Shown here piece after piece: positions 13,540-28,299 of a stretch of 64,000 nt of DNA. The notes under the pieces were generated by a model that saw nothing but the letters and a program-made list of their open reading frames with translations, had not been told where the DNA came from and did no database searches. Both the position numbers and the translations under genes were made by a program. The stretch's first letter is position 1. Every line of letters starts with the position of its first letter. Source of the stretch: Octopus vulgaris (Eukaryota); NCBI GenBank assembly GCA_951406725.2, contig OX597824.1, forward strand, positions 78,058,001 to 78,122,000, written 5' to 3'.

Positions 13540-13722
13540 TTGTTTGTTCCTTCTCGAACCATGCCTGGCTGATAAGGGCCAGTTTTCCGGTTTCCTTGGC
13601 GTATAGGTTCCCCACCTGGACGGGACGCCGGTCTGTCGCAGGTGAACTACAAGATGCGGGAGGAAAGAGTGAGAGAAAGTTGTGGCGAAAGCGTCAGCAG
13701 AAGTTCGCCATTACCGTCTGCT
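13540..13722 (-). mobile_element. SINE family E, 3' part
   Basis: Reverse complement matches the 3' region of 24983-25288. Confidence 0.8.
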
Positions 13723-14873
13723 GGAGTTGCATCCCATCTTTTGAAACGTATGGTTTACTGCGTAATCTCAAACCCAATACGTTTGCGGTGGTCCTTTTCA
13801 AACCCACCAATCTGCTACAGTCTAACTATAGAACACGAATTCTATCAAACTTTAAAGTGTTACTAAGTGATTGTTGCTACTTTATTCTGTTCATGACTGT
13901 ATTCGTAAACTGATTTATTCTATTGAATAAATACATTCTGGAGAACGTTCAATTTTCTACGGTGGTAGTTATTATTTTTAAATATGAACAATGATGAATG
14001 TTCTCTTAAACTCGGTTTATTCATGCCAAGTCTGACCTCGCATATTTTACTGCAAGGAGGAGGAGGAGGAGGAGGAGGATTGGTAACTGATTGAGAAAAA
14101 CCGAACTTACGATTAAGAAAGTTTTATCTTAAAGTGAAAGAACATATTCTTCTAAACCTAGATTAATGATTATTTCTAATCTATGCCCAAAGTCAGAATT
14201 TTTTTTTTTTTTTTTGATGAGGTTCCTACCTTTAATTCCGCTACAGGTCGGTAATTTAGTCTATCGACCACGGAGGATTGGTAGGCAAAATTTGAACTCA
14301 GAGGCATTAATGATTTCAGCTCTCGTGAAAGAGTTGTACCATTTTTGAGTATTTGTTTTGTCATTTGGCATGGGGGCAATTTATCAGATGTTTTGCTTCT
14401 GTTGTTCGATTTCGTTGTATTGAGTTACTCTATATTGTCGTCTCCGTTGATTATTTCGTGGTTGGTGATATTCTTATTACCATGCTGTCGCTTTTACTTG
14501 TTTTTTTTTTGTCAATTTTTCGCTCGATTTATCTCCATTTGTGTGATTCTCTATTTTCGATTTTACATCTCTATCTTATGGAAGTCAGAATCGACTTCCT
14601 GTATTTTGTCGCTATATCTTATTATTTCCTTGTTTCTTTTCCCGTTATTGAATCTGTTACCTCTAAATTGGCTTTTCGTTTTACTTGGTTAATTCGTTGG
14701 TCAATTTGCTTTCCTTGGCCAATTCTATACCATCTTTTCTTTTTTTTATTTTTTATTCTGTTGGTGGTCCGTATTGTTGTGCCTTAACTACATTTGCGCA
14801 GTTATTAAATTGTCACATATTCGTCCTGTCTACAGTCCAGTCCAGTCCATTCGAGAAAAGAGATTTATATATA

Positions 14874-15387
14874 CCGTAAATCCTCGAGTATAGTTCGCCC
14901 TTGAGTATAATACGCAGAGGGTTTTTAGGGGGCTGTACCACTGAAAATCCTAAACCTTGTGTATAATACTCACCCTTTCTCTAACTTGAGTCAAGGAGAT
15001 CTATATAACGTCCTTGGTTTGTAAAAATGTATACGGTATCGTCCTTTATTATTATTGTATATATAACACAATGCAAACATGTAACATTTTTGTGCATTTT
15101 GTGTGCAGAAAATAAAGAAATAACAGTAATAACGTTTAATAAATGTTACTTACTGCAAGTTATGGATGGTTCTTTTATGACTTCATTGCTTTCAGGCTTA
15201 GCTTAAGGTATTTTCGCGCCCGACATCACAAAATGCGTCTGAATACACATTGCCGGACAGGAAATAGAGACTCGGACATTGCTTAGAAAACAATTTTCAC
15301 TTTTTAACCTCGTGTATAATACGCACTAGGGATTTTGACCTTTAAATTTTGGGAAAAAAAATGCGGATTATACTCGAGAATTTACGG
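14874..15387. mobile_element. Non-autonomous Tc1/mariner(pogo)-like DNA transposon (MITE)
   Basis: TIRs CCGTAAATCCTCGAGTATA / TATACTCGAGAATTTACGG, TA on both flanks, internal subterminal gtataatacgca repeats. Confidence 0.85.
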
Positions 15388-15879
15388 TACCTGGAAAATC
15401 ATATTCAGTTCAATTGATCTAGCATATTCATTGCGTAGGTGTATTTTACTTTCATGCGGTAGACGAATTACATTAGAAGCATTTGAAAAAGATTTGTTCA
15501 TAATTATTATCAATTGTGAGAAATACAGGGCGGCCGAGTTAAATTTGACGATTTGTTAGTTCTCCTTTTTCAGCGACAACTTGATGTATACGTAAACAGT
15601 CAACGGCGTTGGAAAGCATAAAGATTAAATTTGTAGATGAGTAAAAGTTAACTGACACGAAGTATTAGAAGCTGTCTAAACATTGGGAAAGAGTTACCTG
15701 TATTATACTGATTCGCACAAGGTATCAAAATGCCGAGTACGTGACTGTTGCTCATTGCTATATCAACACTATAAATGATATTTGTCGTGACATGGAGATC
15801 ACGGAAACCAAGTTCCCTCAAACTCTGAAGGTCTTTAGGTAAGTCACCAGTGAGTGTGACGTCATACCGCTCCACAATT

Positions 15880-16291
15880 TGGACAGGGCCTTAGGCACAA
15901 TTCAGACGGCTATTTGAAGCTGCTGCAGTCTATGGTGACACTCTAGCTGGAGAGGGTTGCTGCTGGAAGGCCATGTGTGTGACGACATGATTAGGCTCCT
16001 TGTACATCCGGAAACTGCCTAAAGTGGTTCCAGGTGAATTTCTACGACTTAACGGCCAACCCCAGTTTTTGGCCTCCTAATTCCTTCGGCTGTAATCCCA
16101 TGGATCACTATTTGTCGGACGCTATAGATATGGCCGCCAAACGCTCTACCTGCAATAACAAGGTCAAGTTGATGAGCAAGATCAAAATGTTCGCAGATTT
16201 TTACAAGGACATAGAATGGAACGCATGCTCCAGGTTCCGGAACAGTCTAACGGACATGGTGGAAAGCAAATCTCTCGCCACACAACCATGA
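15880..16291 (+). pseudogene. IS630-Tc1-mariner transposase C-terminal remnant
   Basis: Reads LERVAAGRPCV*RHD*APC...KWF...FWPPNSFGCNPMDHY...NACSRFR, a decayed QQD.AP.H / WPPNSPD.NP.D motif pair with in-frame stops. Confidence 0.8.
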
Positions 16292-16585
16292 AATACGTGT
16301 GTCGGTGTGTGTAGGTGTTTGTTTGTTCGTGTGTGTGTGTATGTGTGTGTGTATGTGTTTGTGTGTGTGTGTGTGTGTGTGTAAGCGTATGTGTGTGTGT
16401 ACATGTGTGTATAATTCAGTTTTAGTAAACTGGAAAATATTCTCTTTTCTGAAGTTTTTTTGCGCTTGACATATCGTTGTCTTTGTGTTCATACCTGTAC
16501 ACACACACATACACATTTACTTACATGCGTAAATATATATACAAATATGTATATATATATATATATATGTCTATATACGAGTGAG

Positions 16586-16605
16586 ATACAGACAGACAGA
16601 CAGAC

Positions 16606-16654
<49 letters not shown>

Positions 16655-16669
16655 GATAGATAGATAGAC

Positions 16670-16757
<88 letters not shown>

Positions 16758-16760
16758 CAA
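16586..16760. repeat. (AGAT)n/(AGAC)n microsatellite
   Basis: Direct reading. Confidence 0.95.
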
Positions 16761-17104
16761 TAGATATACATATATAAAGAGAGAGCAAGAGGAAAAGAGA
16801 GGATTAGATTCACCCTGACTCCCACGAGCTTAAATATATATATGCGCATGCATATATGCTTGTGTATCTATCCCTACCAGAATATATGTCTCTATATCTG
16901 CGTGAATATTCCTCTCTGGCTTCATTTAACCGAATGATATATTCCTACATATTGAATTGCTAATTTGATTCTTTACCAATTGAGCTGTCAAAATATATGC
17001 ATCAAGTGAAAGGTAAAGTGAATATAGTTTATTGTAATGCCTATCTATAAGTATTCATTTATCCGTCTGTCCGTCTGTCTGTCTATCTGTTTGTCTTATA
17101 TGTA

Positions 17105-17153
17105 TATATATATATATATAATAACAATTTAATAAATAAAACATATGCATACA

Positions 17154-17186
<33 letters not shown>

Positions 17187-17395
17187 GTACATACCTACAT
17201 CTATATGTATATATACATGCATATATGAGTACAGGACACCACAAATAAACGTAGAACACAACAAGAAACGAAAACATAAGAACAAAACAAGGAAACGGAC
17301 TTTTTTTAACAACGAAAAAACAGAGTACAAGACAAACAATACAAGGAAAATTCCCCTTCATCAGGTGCCCCTGCTTCGACTCATTGCGTGTTTCG
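17105..17395. repeat. Unclassified interspersed repeat, homologous to 39062-39310
   Basis: Shared catgcatatatg.gtac.ggaca...aacacaa...acgaaaacat...ttccccttc.tcag. Confidence 0.7.
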
Positions 17396-17435
17396 ATACG
17401 TATATATATATACTTACATACATGTATAAATGTCT

Positions 17436-17504
<69 letters not shown>

Positions 17505-17545
17505 CTTATATATATATATGCATATATATACATTCATATATATAT

Positions 17546-17610
<65 letters not shown>

Positions 17611-17679
17611 TATATACATACCTAACTACGTAACCGTGTATTTGTCTATTTTACTCCCTCTCACACTCTCTCTCTCTCT

Positions 17680-17718
<39 letters not shown>

Positions 17719-17956
17719 ATATCTAACATCGTATCTATTCGTAGGATATTAGTATGTGTGCGTGTGTAATCGTCTCTCTTTACGTTCTGAGTTCAAATTC
17801 TGCCGAGGTCAACTTTGCCTTTCATCCTCTCAGGGTCGAAACATTAAGTACCAGTTGTGTACTGAGATCGATCTAATCCACAGACTCACTCCCCAAAAAT
17901 TTCGTTCCTTGTGCCTAGACTAGAAGAGAATATGAGTGTATATATATATATATATA

Positions 17957-18305
<349 letters not shown>

Positions 18306-18344
18306 TGTACACAAACATACATATACATATATGTAGGTACGTAC

Positions 18345-18730
18345 CATCATAAAGGTCAGCTGCCCTGCAGATATCAATATATCTTTGAAAATCAAAGAAA
18401 AAGGGGATGTCTACTGAAAACTGCTTCGAAACCTCCAGCTTTTATATCCGGACTATGAATTCGTATTCATACCAATAATAATTGGAGCACTAGATTTCAT
18501 TCGTAAATACTTAAAGGAGAATCTGGACAAAGTTGGATTTTCAGATAGAGAAATTCGCCACCTGATTCGTACATTACAACTCCAATCCATAAGTGGAACA
18601 GTAAAAATATGCAAGACTTGTCTCAAGTACCCAATATGGATTTGTCTGTGTAAACTACATCCCAATGTTGGACCCTTGTGTCTTTGTTGGAAACCGGCAC
18701 CCTACTGAGTGGAAGATTTAAAATAATTAA
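18345..18730 (+). pseudogene. 3' end of RLE-type (NeSL/R4-like) non-LTR retrotransposon
   Basis: Translates as [16 protein letters not shown]...[27 protein letters not shown]...LQSISGTVKICK, resembling the P(V/I)(V/I)IGALG terminal motif; short 3' UTR and A-rich end. Confidence 0.7.
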
Positions 18731-18813
18731 AAAGAGACACACACACATACATACATACATACATACATACATACATACATACACGCATATATAAAAAACA
18801 TACATACATATAT

Positions 18814-18871
<58 letters not shown>

Positions 18872-18880
18872 ACGTGAGTG

Positions 18881-18916
<36 letters not shown>

Positions 18917-18989
18917 GAGAGAGACAGATAAATGGATAGACATATATACACACATACATATAAAGAAATATATGTGTTTATATATATAA

Positions 18990-19045
<56 letters not shown>

Positions 19046-19161
19046 ATATATATATACAGAAACACACACGCACACACATATATGGAACCCCCCCAAAAAA
19101 AAACCTCAAAAAATCAGCCAAAGAAAACGATAAAAATAAACAAATAGTAAAAAAAATATGT

Positions 19162-19564
19162 GAGTGGCTGTGTGGTAAGTAGCTTGCTAACCAACCACAT
19201 GGTTCCGGGTTCAATCCCACTGCGTGGCATCTTGGGCAAGTGTCTTCTGCTATAGCCCCGGGCCGACCAATGCCTTGTGAGTGGATTTGGTAGACGGAAA
19301 CTGAAAGAAGCCTGTCGTATATATGTATATATATATGTATGTGTGTGTGTGTTTGTGTGTCTGTGTTTGTTCCCCTAGCATTGCTTGACAACCGATGCTG
19401 GTGTGTTTACGTCCCCGTCACTTAGCGGTTCGACAAAAAGAGACCGATAGAATAAGTACTGGGCGTGCAAAAAGAATAAGTCCCGGGGTCGAGTTGCTCG
19501 ACTAAAAGGCGGTGCTCCAGCATGGCCGCAGTCAAATGACTGAAACAAGTAAAAGTGTAAAAGA

Positions 19565-19566
<2 letters not shown>
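19162..19566 (+). mobile_element. SINE family A flanked by about 100-bp direct repeats
   Basis: Full copy; flanks 19056-19159 and 19599-19695 nearly identical. Confidence 0.9.
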
Positions 19567-19604
<38 letters not shown>

Positions 19605-20005
19605 ACACACACGCACACACGTATATGGAACCCCCCCACAAAAAAAAAATCAGACAAAGAAAACGATAAAAATAAACAAATAGTAAAAAAAATATATAGA
19701 ATAAGCAACAAACAACAGGTAACAGGAATACAAAGCAAACCACAAAAAAAAAAACGGGGGCGAAATATCGAGGTGCTTAAGTTTTGAAGTGATTGTACGG
19801 TGATGGAGCTTATGCTGCGTGAAAGAAAATCTCAAGAACAAAGAATACGTTACATCATACAATTATGATTGTGTTCTTTACCAAAGATAATCAGATTTGA
19901 TGAGAAGAATCAACATTGTCTTCTCTACCTTTCAGTTGTTCCATCAAAATTTCTTCTCTTTGTTTTATTGCGTGCGGCCTCTCTCTTTCTCTCTCTTTCT
20001 GACGT

Positions 20006-20960
<955 letters not shown>

Positions 20961-21408
20961 TATCTATCTATCTCGTTTTCTACCTACCTGCCTGCCTATC
21001 TTATGTCTCTGCCAGTAATTCGTAGGATTTAGAGAATAACAATCGAAATTTCAAACGAATCCACCTAATTTAACGTAACAGCTCATAACAGCAATGAAAA
21101 CAACAACAATAACAACAGCAGCAACAATGATAATAACAAGAGCAAAAACAATTCAAAATGAAGAATATGGACGAATGCAGGAAAACGAAAGAGAAGAGAG
21201 AAGACAGAGAGAAAAGAAAGAGAAATATGATGTTAAGAAATTGTAAGAAGCAAATATTTAAAAGAGAAAGGAAAAAAAGAAAATTAAAGATGGCCGGGCG
21301 AATCTAGAAACTTAGATGCACACGCACACATTCATAGATTCGTGCGTGTTTGGACTACACACATACATACAAACACGCACATATATATATATATGTATAT
21401 ATATATAT

Positions 21409-21794
21409 GGCGCAGGAGTGGCTGTGTGGTAAGTAGCTTGCTAATCAACCACATGGTTCAGGGTTCAGTCCCACTGCGTGGCATCTTGGGCAAGTGTCTT
21501 CTGCTATGGCCCCGGGTCGACCAATGCCTTGTGAGTGGATTTGGTAGACGGAAACTGAAAGAAGCTTGTCGTATATATGTATATATATATATATGTACGT
21601 GTGTGTTTGTGTGCCTGTGTTTGTCCCCGATGCTGGTGTGTTTACGTCCCCGTCACTTAGCGGTTCGGCAAAAAGAGACCGATAGAATAAGTACTGGGCT
21701 TTCAAAGAGTCCCGGGGTCGATTTGCTCGACTAAAGGCGGTGCTCCAGCATGGCCGCAGTCAAATGACTGAAACAAGTAAAATAGTAAAATAGT
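21409..21794 (+). mobile_element. SINE family A
   Basis: Head ggcgcaggagtggctgtgtgg through tail gaaacaagtaaaatagt. Confidence 0.9.
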
Positions 21795-22236
21795 ATATAT
21801 ATATATGGCGTGGGAGAAATATAAATACATAGATACATATGTACATACATATATATATATATATGCGTGTGTGTGTGAGAGAGAGAGTGTGTGTACGTAT
21901 GTGTGTATGTAATCACATAGAGAGACGAAAATACAGGGAAACAGACAAATAAAGGGACAAGCAAGTCTAAGTGACGGAGTGGCAACTGTTGAAAGAGAGA
22001 AGGAGAAAGAAACAGAGTGAGTGTTTAGAAAGAAATAAACAAAAATGAATGAAAGAAAGGAAAGAAGAAAGAAAGAAATTCTTACGAAGGAAACAAAGGT
22101 AATCTGTTATCATTGATTCCTGGAATCGTCTTAATCCCCGATTGTCTGTCTGATGCTCAAGAATATTTTTAAATCATGCCTGCTCCAGCATGGCCTCATC
22201 TTATTGTCTGGAGCTAGTGAAATGATATAGAATATA

Positions 22237-22360
22237 GGCGCAGATATATAGCTGTATGGTAAATAATTTTCTTCCTAACGACATGGTTTCCGGTTCAGTC
22301 CCACTGTATGGCACCTTCGACATGGTTCCCGGTTCAGTCCCACTGTATGGCACCTTCGAC
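22237..22360 (+). mobile_element. Degenerate SINE A head with 39-bp internal tandem duplication
   Basis: gacatggtt(t/c)ccggttcagtcccactgtatggcaccttc at 22280-22318 and 22319-22357. Confidence 0.75.
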
Positions 22361-22533
22361 ATGCGTTTACCACTATAGTTATTCTATCTAATCCACTCAC
22401 CAGGTTTTGATAAAGCTTGGTACTTATTCTTTGGGTCACTGTTGCCAAACCGCTATGTTATGAAAAGGTAAATACACCAACATTGGATGTCAAGCGGTGG
22501 TACGGGACAAAAGCACAAAGACACACATATACA

Positions 22534-22571
<38 letters not shown>

Positions 22572-22655
22572 TATTAGAGACAAAACCACTATTTTGCAAA
22601 ACAAACAAGGAAAGACTTAATCAATACATAAAATTTTAATAAATAGTCAAAAAAA

Positions 22656-22696
22656 CACTACAATCGTTTCTTGTCTTGATCGACAATCTTCAGGTG
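22656..22696 (-). ncRNA. Minimal type I hammerhead ribozyme motif
   Basis: Minus strand: cac-CTGAAGA-ttgtc gatcaa gacaa-GAAA-c gatt g-TA-gtg. Perfect 5-bp stem II, minimal stem III, 3-bp stem I. Confidence 0.6.
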
Positions 22697-22825
22697 GACT
22701 TCAATCTAAAATATCAATATTTTAAAATATCTCTAATAATATTTTATAATATTTTACTATAAAATTGGATTTAATCCTAAATCTGATTTTTTTCCTGTAT
22801 TTTGGATTTATTCCCTAATATTTAT

Positions 22826-22881
<56 letters not shown>

Positions 22882-22900
22882 CACACATATATATGCATAT

Positions 22901-22954
<54 letters not shown>

Positions 22955-23204
22955 ATATATACATATATATACATATATATATATGTACATATATATACAT
23001 ACATATACATATATACATATATATATATATACATACGTATATAGTTCAAATTTACAGAAAATAAAAGACGTAGGAACAACAACGAGGTGTATCAGGAAAA
23101 AGATATATATATATATGTATTTATAAATATATGTGTATGCATAAATCTATGTTTGTATGCGTGTATGTGCGCTCGCTCGCATGTGTGTGTGTGTTTACGC
23201 ATGC

Positions 23205-23277
<73 letters not shown>

Positions 23278-23485
23278 CACACACAAAATTGATGTAAACG
23301 GCATGTTGCAATGTTGCACCAAAAAGGAGAATTATTATTGTCACTATATTGTGACTAGGCTGTTAAAAAACGTACATTGCTAGAAATAAGAGCTAAAATG
23401 CTCTAATGCTGTAGTTAAAGCACATGAATGAAAATATTTACTCTAAAAGGGTCCATAATTGTTCGAAAAATACTGACCACGAATT

Positions 23486-23538
23486 CTTCAGACTGACGCG
23501 TCAGTTTCGGCAGTTTCCGTTGCCTTCATCATATAAGC
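23486..23538 (-). ncRNA. Decayed hammerhead ribozyme motif
   Basis: Minus strand: aTGATGA-a-ggca acggaaac tgcc-GAAA-ctgacgcgtca-GTC-tgaag. Perfect palindrome ACTGACGCGTCAGT as stem III; C3 mutated. Confidence 0.45.
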
Positions 23539-23705
23539 CATTCGGTGTTCGACTATTTCCGGGCCTGTTTCTCTATTAGCATATTAGATAACGTTTTCGT
23601 CATCCAAATTAATGGCTGATTTAAAGATTCGCTAATGTGTATACACAAAATTAATGTTAACTTTTCGGACAATTATGGTCCCTGTTAGTGTATGTTTTCA
23701 TTCAT

Positions 23706-24114
23706 GGAGTGGCTGTGTGGTAAGTAGCTTGCTAACCAACCACATGGTTCCGGGTTCAGTCCCACTGCGCGGCATCTTGGGCAAGTGTCTTCTGCTATAG
23801 CCCCGGGCCGACCAATGCCTTGTGAGTGGATTGGTAGACGGAAACTGAAAGAAGCCTGTCGTATATATGTATATATATATATGTATGTGTGTGTGTTTGT
23901 GTGTCTGTGTTTGTCCCCCTAGCATTGCTTGACAACCGATGCTGGTGTGTTTATGTCCCCGTTACTTAGCGGTTCGGCAAAAGAGAACGATAGAATAAGT
24001 ACTGGGCTTACAAAGAATAAGTCCCGGGCTCGAGTTGCTCGATTAAAGGCGGTGCTCCAGCATGGCCGCAGTCAAATGACTGAAACAAGTAAAAGAGTAA
24101 AAGAGTAAAGAGTA
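23706..24114 (+). mobile_element. SINE family A
   Basis: Full copy with repeated gtaaaaga tail. Confidence 0.9.
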
Positions 24115-24982
24115 TAGCATTAGACCCATTTCAGCTCTAATATCTCGCAAATGTAGGTGTTTTTAACACACTAGTCACATTTAGTCACAATTTAATGTAT
24201 ATACATACATGTGTGTGTGTGTGTGTGTATGTGTGTATGTATACAACAAGATTCTTTCACTTTGCGTCTACTAAATCCACTCACAAATCTTTTGGCCGGG
24301 AAAAGATTGTAGGAAAAGACACCTGCCTAAGGTGACACGCAGTCGGACTGAGATTTGAACAATATGTTTGGGAACCGAGCGTTTTACCACACAGCCACGC
24401 CTAGACCCATTATCTCTACCATTCCTTTTTTTATGACAGCAATCTATATTTGATGGAGACTTGACTGCAATTTTTATCAAATCAAGCTCAAATATAACTC
24501 GTTGTCCAATATCAGTGATACACGGTGGTGGATATTGAATGTATAATATAATTTAAACTATTTATACATTTTCTTTTTATTTTATATGTTACTTATACAT
24601 GTTTTGCCTTAAGCGTGAGGAATACAATCAATATTTACAAACGATGTTCAAAATGAAACCATAATGATTAAATTATCGATTTGAAAGAAAGGAACCACGG
24701 GCTGTTTGCATATGTCATCGTTGTTCAACGGACGATATTTAATGTCTGTTTCGAAACAAACAGAATTGGTTTCTGGATATAGGAAATAAATTTTGTTTGA
24801 CGATTCAGTATTAGTTTATTTAGAAGGGAAATGTTAATCTCTTTCAGCTTTGTTTTTGTAAAATAAGCAATACGATGGCTATTTAGTTGTTTTCTTTCAA
24901 ATTTCAAGATCAGACATAGCCGGAGTCAATTTACTTGATCGTCTTTTGTGGAGGCAGTAAACTGAGTACCACTTCATTGCCA

Positions 24983-25288
24983 GTGGAGGCACATGGCCTA
25001 GTGATTAGAGCAGCTGACTCGCGGTCGAGGGATCGCGGGTTCGAATCTTAGACCGAGCGATGTGTGGGTTTATGAGCGAAACACCTAAGCTCTACGCGGC
25101 TCCGGCCGAACGTAATGGCGAACTTCTGCTGACTCTTTCACCACAACTTTCTCTCACTCTTTCTTCCTGCATCTTGCAGCTCACCTGCGACGGACCGGCG
25201 TCCCGTCCAGGTGGGGAACCTATACGCCAAGGAAACCGGGAAACCGGCCCTTATGAGCCAGGCATGGCTCGAGAAGGAACAAACAACT
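24983..25288 (+). mobile_element. SINE family E (family-B-like head, family-D-like 3' part)
   Basis: gtggaggcacatggcctagtg...gggttcgaatc...ctttcaccacaactttctctcactc...cctgcgacggaccggcgtcccgtccagg...aacaaacaac. Confidence 0.85.
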
Positions 25289-25705
25289 TCATTGCCGGGT
25301 TCGATTTAATTGATTCTACACGCCCCTTTCAAAATATAAGGATTTTTTCTTAATTGCAAATTGAAATGATAATAATAATTTTAGCACAAGGCCCAATGTT
25401 TAAGTTTAGAAGGAGGAGAACTAGTGGATGACATTGACCCCCAGTACGGGAGTGGAACTTTATCAAACCACTCCAAGAGAATAAAAGGTAAAATTGGTCG
25501 TGTCATGATTACAATTGAGATCATAATGACAAAAAACAAATACAGCAAACCGCTTTTTTTTTGACAATCTAAAGATTCAGTTCTACGGCTTTGATGTTTC
25601 TAACATAAGCACTGAGCCTGAAATTTAGGAGAAATTGTTTAGTTAATTAAATCTATCCTGTAGTTGATTCATACTTATTTTAAATATCCCTAGATGAGTT
25701 ATTGG

Positions 25706-25995
25706 TTAAGGTGCATGGTTCAGTGGTTGGACCGGACTGTCTGTTTTGTTCTTGAGCAAGACACTTCATTTCATGTTGATCCAGTTCACTCATCTGTAGA
25801 AATGAGTTGCAATGTTTCTGGTGCCAAGCTGTATCGGCGTTTGCCTTTTCCTTGGTAACATCAGCAGCGTGAAAAGAGGAGACTGGTATGTATGGGTAAC
25901 TGTCGGTCTTTCATAAACAACCTTGCTCGGACTTGTGCTTCGGAAGGGAACTTTCCGGGTGTAATCCCATGGTCATTCATGACCAAAGGGGATCA
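25706..25995 (+). mobile_element. CORE-like SINE family F, diverged
   Basis: Matches 54283-54620 (ttgagcaagacactt...ctgtagaaatgagttgc...gtgccaagctgtatcgg). Confidence 0.8.
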
Positions 25996-26769
25996 TTACA
26001 TTTTAGATGACAATTTCAAAATTGAATATGGCTGGACTTGAACTCAGACCATATTACAACACAGCTATTTCTCCACTGATGGTTTAAAGATTTTGCCAAC
26101 ACACAATTGTTGTTTCCAGAACAATATTCTTCTAGATACATCAGAACTTAAACAAAAGCACAGATGGCCACATCTAGAATGACTTTGATCAAAGGTCCAC
26201 AGAGCCATGGCTTATAGGTGCTAAATACTAATGACAGCAAATAACATTAACACCACTCACTAAATGCATCTTTGGCATATTTCCCAAAATTTCATTTGAC
26301 TTTGAGTTAGCTCCCTTCCGTGTTGTAGTGACAGCTGAAACGATGTTAGACAGAGGTAGTTTTGTCGCCTAATCAAATCGGTAATCCTAGTTAGTCGGAG
26401 ATTTTGATCTCACTTTATTACATATATAAAAACCGACTGTTTTGGGTCATGTGTAGATTGCCCGCCCTCGAGATTCCTTCCCCTCGGTCATATTACTGAT
26501 GCCTATGTTTCGTATTTATAATTCTACTGTATCTAACGAGGTCGAGAAGCATCGCCCTTGCGCTTTCTGGTGATTGTCATCATATTCCTGTAATCAGTGT
26601 ATCAGTAACTAGTAAAAGCAATAATGAGCCAAAGATGGGGTGTTGACCTCTTAGCACGATTGCAAGAAATAGCAGCTAAATCTCGCTTATCTGTTGCACT
26701 ACTGCCTTAAAAATAGAAGGAAGCGTACCGTGGATGATGCAGTCATTGATACACTATATGTGTATTATA

Positions 26770-27001
26770 GGCGGCGAGCTGGCAGAATCGTTAGCACGTC
26801 AGGCGAAATGTTTAGCGGTATTTCATCTGCCGCTACATTCTGAGTTCAAATTCCGCCGAGGTTGACTTTGCCTTTCATCCTTTTTGGGGTCGATTAAATA
26901 AGTACCAGTTACACACTGGGGTCGATATAATTGACTTAATCCGTTTGTCTGTCCTTGTTTGTCCCCTCTGTGTATAACCCCTTGTGGGAAGTAAAGAAAT
27001 G
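26770..27001 (+). mobile_element. SINE family C with 15-bp TSD
   Basis: TSD tatatgtgtattata at 26755-26769 and 27002-27016. Confidence 0.92.
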
Positions 27002-27856
27002 TATATGTGTATTATATAATCAGATGGTCGGTCATGGTTGGGGCGCCTACTGTTACAGAGGTTATCATTAATCACTAGAGGTTAAAAAGCACAAACAACA
27101 ACGACAAAAAAATGGTTGTATGATTAAAATCATTTCGCAACCATGTGTGTTCGGGAAATAATTCACCGTCACTAAGAGTGACAAGGGTGCAGTGAGCACC
27201 AGCATGACTAGAAATAGAAGTCGTAGACTCCTTAGCCACAAAAAGCACATGGTCTCTTTGTATTTACAGAGGAGAAAACCCTTCCTACTGACAGCGAGAT
27301 GCATTAGATCGGTATGCTAATTTCCTATAGGAAATTAACACTCATCAGTAATTCCCACTCCATCACAGCTGGTAGAGGCCAACTCATCCTGTCAATATAT
27401 ATGGAGAATTCTATAGGAATCCGTGGCTGATTTCACAAAATGGCAATGTGAAAATTATAAAATAATCAGGTGGCTAGCAGCAATTTAAAACCAACAAGGA
27501 AATAATTCACCATATTAATCAGAAATAAAAAACAGGAAAAAAAAGCCAATTGAACAGATACAGTGAAGTATTTAATTGATACTTAGAGAAAGTCTGAGAA
27601 GGGAAAGAATAATCGGAGAAAAGAATAATCGGAGAAAAGCAAGTGTATAGTTACACGGTTGAAATATAAATGACTCGTGTGGCTGTGTGGTAAGTAGCTT
27701 GCTTACAGGTTGCTTCTGCGCATGTGCAAGTCAGCGTTGTGCTTGACACCGAAGATGTAAGACGTGTTTTTGAAAGCCGTCTTAAATTGAAGACTTTTGA
27801 AGACTCAGCCGTAAGGTAAGAATTTTGGGGGTCTAGTGGTGACCTGTTGTATGTTA

Positions 27857-28084
27857 CACTTTTACTCTCTTACTCTGTTACTAGTTTCAGTCATTGACTG
27901 CGGCCATGCTTGAGCACCACCTTTAATCGAGCATCTCGACCCCGGGACTTATTCTTTTGTAAGCCCAGTACTTATTCTATCGGTCTCTTTTGCCGAACCG
28001 CTAAGTAACGGGGACATAAACACACTAGAATCGGTTGTCAAGCAATGCTAAGGGGACAAACACAGACACACAAACACACACACA

Positions 28085-28137
<53 letters not shown>

Positions 28138-28299
28138 GACGGGCTTCTCTCAGTTTCCGTATACCAAATCTACTCACAAGGCTTTGGTCGGCCCGCGACT
28201 ATAGTAGAAGACACTTGCCCAAGGTGCCACGCAGTGGGACTGAACCCGGAACCATGTGGTTGTTAGACAAGCTACTTACCACACAGCCACTCCTACGCC
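27857..28299 (-). mobile_element. SINE family A nested in the ORF1-only element
   Basis: Full-length reverse copy. Confidence 0.9.

Noticed and set aside
14345-14787. Hydrophobic 115-144 aa ORFs
   Set aside because: T-rich low-complexity sequence, non-ATG starts, no motif
27258-27318. Possible 42-nt exon (tttacag...cg|gtatgc)
   Set aside because: No recognisable peptide and no partner exons; such sites are common by chance
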